A stretch of DNA of 64,000 nucleotides from a bacterium. Its GTDB lineage: Bacteria > Electryoneota > Electryoneia > Electryoneales > Electryoneaceae. The notes under the pieces were generated by a model, which worked only from the letters and a program-made list of their open reading frames with translations, did not search any database and was not told where the DNA came from. The position numbers and the translations under genes were made by a program. Location: contig OY769902.1 in assembly GCA_963669175.1 (NCBI GenBank), positions 352,001 through 416,000 on the forward strand, read 5' to 3'. Shown here one piece after another: positions 60,645 through 64,000 of this stretch (within the stretch, counting starts at the first letter, position 1; every line of letters starts with the position of its first letter).

Positions 60645-62947
60645 ACCGACGCTCCCAGGGTAAAGGGCAATGCCTTGGCGAACTTATGCTGGAGTTCATG
60701 CACCAGCTCCATCTGCCGTTCCGCTTCCACCAGCGCTATCACCGCGCCGCCACCACCACTTCCGGTCAGCTTCGCGCCAAGCACACCATAGTCGAGCAGC
60801 GTTTCCACCGCCTTATCCAGCTTCTCCGTGGAAACTCCAAGCTTGGCCAGGAGTTCATGGTTACGGAACATCAGGCGTCCTACTTCCTGCTCATCACCCA
60901 AACCAAGCGCGATACCGGCATCAGTTGTCAGGTTGCCGATCTCTTCCATGATGCCGTCAACCCGTTTCGGATTCAGGTCACGACTCCGGGAAACTTTGCG
61001 AACCAGCTCGATCGTACGTGCGCCCGGTTCCACCATTACAACGACGCCATACATGGTTTTGGGCAGACGGATGGGCAGAATTTCACGGGGCGGCCCCTTA
61101 CGGAACCACATGACACCTTCGGAAAGCACCGTCGCGGCATCCATACCACTGGGATGACCATGGAAGATCGCTTCAAGGCGCTGAACATCTTCAAAGATCT
61201 TGCCACGCCAGTGCCAATTGTCATCCAGTCCCTTGAAACGTCGCAACGCAGTACACAGGGCTACGGAAAACGCTGCGGATGAACCAAGCCCCATGCCCGG
61301 GACCAGGTCAGATTCGATCTGGATTGCGATGGGCGCATGATGCAGATCATACAACGTAAGCGCTTCGGTTACCGCCTGTGAGAACATCCGCAAATCCTGG
61401 TCGGACTTGGGGACGGAAAATGCCTGCTTGAATTTCGGATTCAGGAAACGTGGACCATCCGAGTCCGCATTGAGACGGATGGACAGGTTCACGTCGATGG
61501 ATGCTGTAATGCCCGGATAATTGTAAACTGTGGAGTGTTCTCCAAACAGGACAACTTTGCCCGGCGCAGAGATCTCAATGGGTAAACCATTGTCGTCAGG
61601 AGCCTGCTTTGGTGTTTTCTGCATGGTACGGTAAATCTCCTCAGCCATGGCTACCTTGACCTCACCACAACGAATCATTTCGTTGGCGACTTCTTCCACG
61701 TCTTCCGGGGGAACACCGACACTGATTGCCACACTGCGGGCATGTAGCGCCATGTGCCCCTTCTGGATACCAACCGTACTTAATGCAAGGCAGGCTGCGA
61801 AATTCTGGCCCAAGCCGACAGACGCCAGCAAACCAGCCAGTTCTTTCGCATTTTCAACACCGCTGATTTTGCGTAGAATCTTAACACCTGGATGGGTATT
61901 GACCGCACCACCAACCCAGCCAACCTGCATGGGAAGTTTGATCTCCCCGACAAAATCGCTGCCTTCGATCCGGTATGAAGTCAGGCTGCGATATTGACCA
62001 TCACGCGCAGCGTAGGCATGTCCACCGGCTTCAATGGCCCGCCAGTCCTGTCCTAGCGCTACAGCAGCCGCACCGATTCCGTTGAAGATGCCTTTATTGT
62101 GAGTCGTTGCACGGTAAGGATCAACATGTGCCAGTATCCCGGCTTCCACCAACCGCTTGCCAACCTCTTCGCCACTCATGGTCTCTGTAGCAAGGCTGGT
62201 CAACGGCATCCGGAAACGTGCGCGAGCAAGTCTACGGTCCGCAAGGTTGGAAAGAATACGCAGGTTGACACGTCCGCCGGTAAGATCGCCGATTTTCGGT
62301 CCGGCCGCTTCACAGGCGGCGTTGATCGCGTTGGCGCCCATTGCTTCCAGCACGTTGATCAGCAGGTGTACCATCAGGAAACGCCCGATACCCTCACCCC
62401 CATCGAGGATTCGCGTTTCAATGTTAAACACCCCGCCGCCGCGCGCTATCATACGAGGACCGGCAAGATTCGCCTGATTGATAATTTCCTGCTTGTGATC
62501 GTTAATTTGCGCCGCTGCCGCTTCAGGATCTGCAAGATCCATCACCTGGATCTGGCCGATCATCACCGGATCATCTACTTCCGCTTCGAAGCCACCGGTG
62601 CCGCGTATCATCAAAGCAGCTTTCGAGGCCGCCGCGATAATGGATGCTTCTTCAATGGCCATGGGCACCAGGTAATCGCGACCATTAACCTGGAAATTCA
62701 ATCCCAGCCCCAATGGTTGGCCCAGCACACCCACCGAATTTTCGACCATATTGACCGCATGCTCAATACGTAGAGCATTGCCATCACGCAACTGCGCTAA
62801 TTGCCGTTCACTCAAATTGAAATTTTTTGCCAGCAAAGCGAGACGTCGCTCCACCGTCAACCGGTAGAATCCCGGAATACGGGAGGTCTTCGGTTCACGC
62901 CCGGTCCGGACAATCGACCGGGCCTTTGAAGGCTTTGGTTCGCTCAC
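60641..62947 (-). CDS. mvaA: Class II HMG-CoA reductase fused to mevalonate kinase
   Basis: ENSVG, EEASIIAAAS, EAMGAN, THNKG, GIQKGHMALH then APGKVVLFGEH, PGMGLGSSAA, HGHPSGMD, KLTGSGGGG; GTGA overlap with idi stop suggests start 62947. Confidence 0.9.
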   Translation of the reverse strand: MSEPKPSKARSIVRTGREPKTSRIPGFYRLTVERRLALLAKNFNLSERQLAQLRDGNALRIEHAVNMVENSVGVLGQPLGLGLNFQVNGRDYLVPMAIEEASIIAAASKAALMIRGTGGFEAEVDDPVMIGQIQVMDLADPEAAAAQINDHKQEIINQANLAGPRMIARGGGVFNIETRILDGGEGIGRFLMVHLLINVLEAMGANAINAACEAAGPKIGDLTGGRVNLRILSNLADRRLARARFRMPLTSLATETMSGEEVGKRLVEAGILAHVDPYRATTHNKGIFNGIGAAAVALGQDWRAIEAGGHAYAARDGQYRSLTSYRIEGSDFVGEIKLPMQVGWVGGAVNTHPGVKILRKISGVENAKELAGLLASVGLGQNFAACLALSTVGIQKGHMALHARSVAISVGVPPEDVEEVANEMIRCGEVKVAMAEEIYRTMQKTPKQAPDDNGLPIEISAPGKVVLFGEHSTVYNYPGITASIDVNLSIRLNADSDGPRFLNPKFKQAFSVPKSDQDLRMFSQAVTEALTLYDLHHAPIAIQIESDLVPGMGLGSSAAFSVALCTALRRFKGLDDNWHWRGKIFEDVQRLEAIFHGHPSGMDAATVLSEGVMWFRKGPPREILPIRLPKTMYGVVVMVEPGARTIELVRKVSRSRDLNPKRVDGIMEEIGNLTTDAGIALGLGDEQEVGRLMFRNHELLAKLGVSTEKLDKAVETLLDYGVLGAKLTGSGGGGAVIALVEAERQMELVHELQHKFAKALPFTLGASV

Positions 62948-63999
62948 GAAAGTTCCTTTGTATCCCAACCGTACGCTGCCAACCAGGTGTTCTTCAGCTC
63001 ACCCGATATCACTTTCGGGGCGTTACGCAGGTCTTCGACCGTACGCGACCCCGAAAGGAACATGGCAGCTCGCAGTTCTGCTTCAATACCCTGCAACCAG
63101 ACCGAAACCTGTTCGGCCCCTTTGTCCAGGTACTGCAACAGCACCGGACGGGCAAACCCGGCCAGGTTCGCGCCCAATGCGATGCTACGTGCTACATCCA
63201 ACCCGTCACGGATGCCTCCGGCGGAGATGACCGTGGCGTCATCACCCAGCACTTTACGTGCCGCGACAACGCAGAAAGCCGTTGGGAGCCCCCAGTCGCC
63301 AAAAAGCTCACCAAGCCCCTGATGCTCAAGCATACTCGCCCGGTGACGCTCGACCTTGGTCCAGGAGGTTCCCCCCGCGCCGGATACATCAACATAAGGT
63401 ACGCCAGCGGACTTCAGCTTCTCAAGTGTTTCAACGGAAAGTCCGGCGCCGGTTTCCTTTACCAGTACCTTACCATCCAGCCGATCCACCAAGCGCGCAA
63501 TCTGATCCACGACTCCGGCAAACGTCTGCTGCCCTTCGTCACCCTGGATCAGTTCCTGTGCGGCATTCAAGTGCACACACATGCCATCAGCCTCTATCCG
63601 CTTCTGAAGCTCAACGATTTCATCAATCGAGTATTCTACCAGTTGCACCCCCCCGATGTTCCCCAGGAGAACCGCATCCGGCATATCACTTCTCACCAGG
63701 AAATCCTGGTAGAGATGAGGGTGACTCAGCATCACCCGTTGACTGCCAACTGAAAAAGGAATCTTATGTAAATTTGCCACTTCCGCCAAGCTGCGATTCA
63801 ACCGCTTGGCATACTTGGCGCCCCCGGTCATACTGGTGATCATCAATGGAGCAGCAATCTTCTTTCCGAAGAATGTTGAACTCATATCGATGTCATTCAG
63901 GTTGACTTCCGGCAGAGCCTGATGAAGCAGACGCACATCCGAGAGGAGAGTCCCCCCGGAGTGTTCTACATCCATCTGCGCAACAATGCGAAGATGATC
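62944..63999 (-). CDS. fni: Type 2 (FMN-dependent) isopentenyl-diphosphate isomerase, 5' end beyond window
   Basis: DHLRIV at window edge, SMTGG, GSQR, HLNAAQELIQ, KETGAG, GAGGTSW, GGIRDG. Confidence 0.93.
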   Translation of the reverse strand, partial: DHLRIVAQMDVEHSGGTLLSDVRLLHQALPEVNLNDIDMSSTFFGKKIAAPLMITSMTGGAKYAKRLNRSLAEVANLHKIPFSVGSQRVMLSHPHLYQDFLVRSDMPDAVLLGNIGGVQLVEYSIDEIVELQKRIEADGMCVHLNAAQELIQGDEGQQTFAGVVDQIARLVDRLDGKVLVKETGAGLSVETLEKLKSAGVPYVDVSGAGGTSWTKVERHRASMLEHQGLGELFGDWGLPTAFCVVAARKVLGDDATVISAGGIRDGLDVARSIALGANLAGFARPVLLQYLDKGAEQVSVWLQGIEAELRAAMFLSGSRTVEDLRNAPKVISGELKNTWLAAYGWDTKELS

Positions 64000-64000
64000 C

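Overview
Chromosomal 64-kb window of a moderately GC-rich bacterium. It probably belongs to a non-Bacteroidota FCB lineage; this is inferred from T9SS type-A sorting tails, DUF2723 and Bacteroidota-style ccoNO fusion combined with strong GGAGG Shine-Dalgarno sites. Gene content: three T9SS cargo genes, tRNA-Ser(TGA), OM beta-barrels, a radical SAM protein, DUF2723 + GT2 glycosyltransferases, a DEAD-box helicase, two large surface lipoproteins, an alternative complex III (actA-F) operon running directly into cbb3 oxidase genes (ccoI-S-NO-Q-P), a chemosensory/PAS-kinase cluster, and the distal part of a mevalonate operon with an HMG-CoA reductase-mevalonate kinase fusion. Best unexplained signals: (1) an overlooked T9SS-tailed selenoprotein candidate with signal peptide, in-frame TGA in a W-U-P-T-C thioredoxin-like motif and a SECIS-like hairpin; (2) AT-rich repeat modules (38-bp AGGAT x4 arms and long-range complementary 7-mer tracts) in every substantial spacer of the ACIII-cbb3 operon and nowhere else in the window; (3) a receiver domain fused to an apparently dead McrA-like HNH domain; (4) several families of REP/MITE-like intergenic elements. 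All calls come from reading the sequence; no searches were run.
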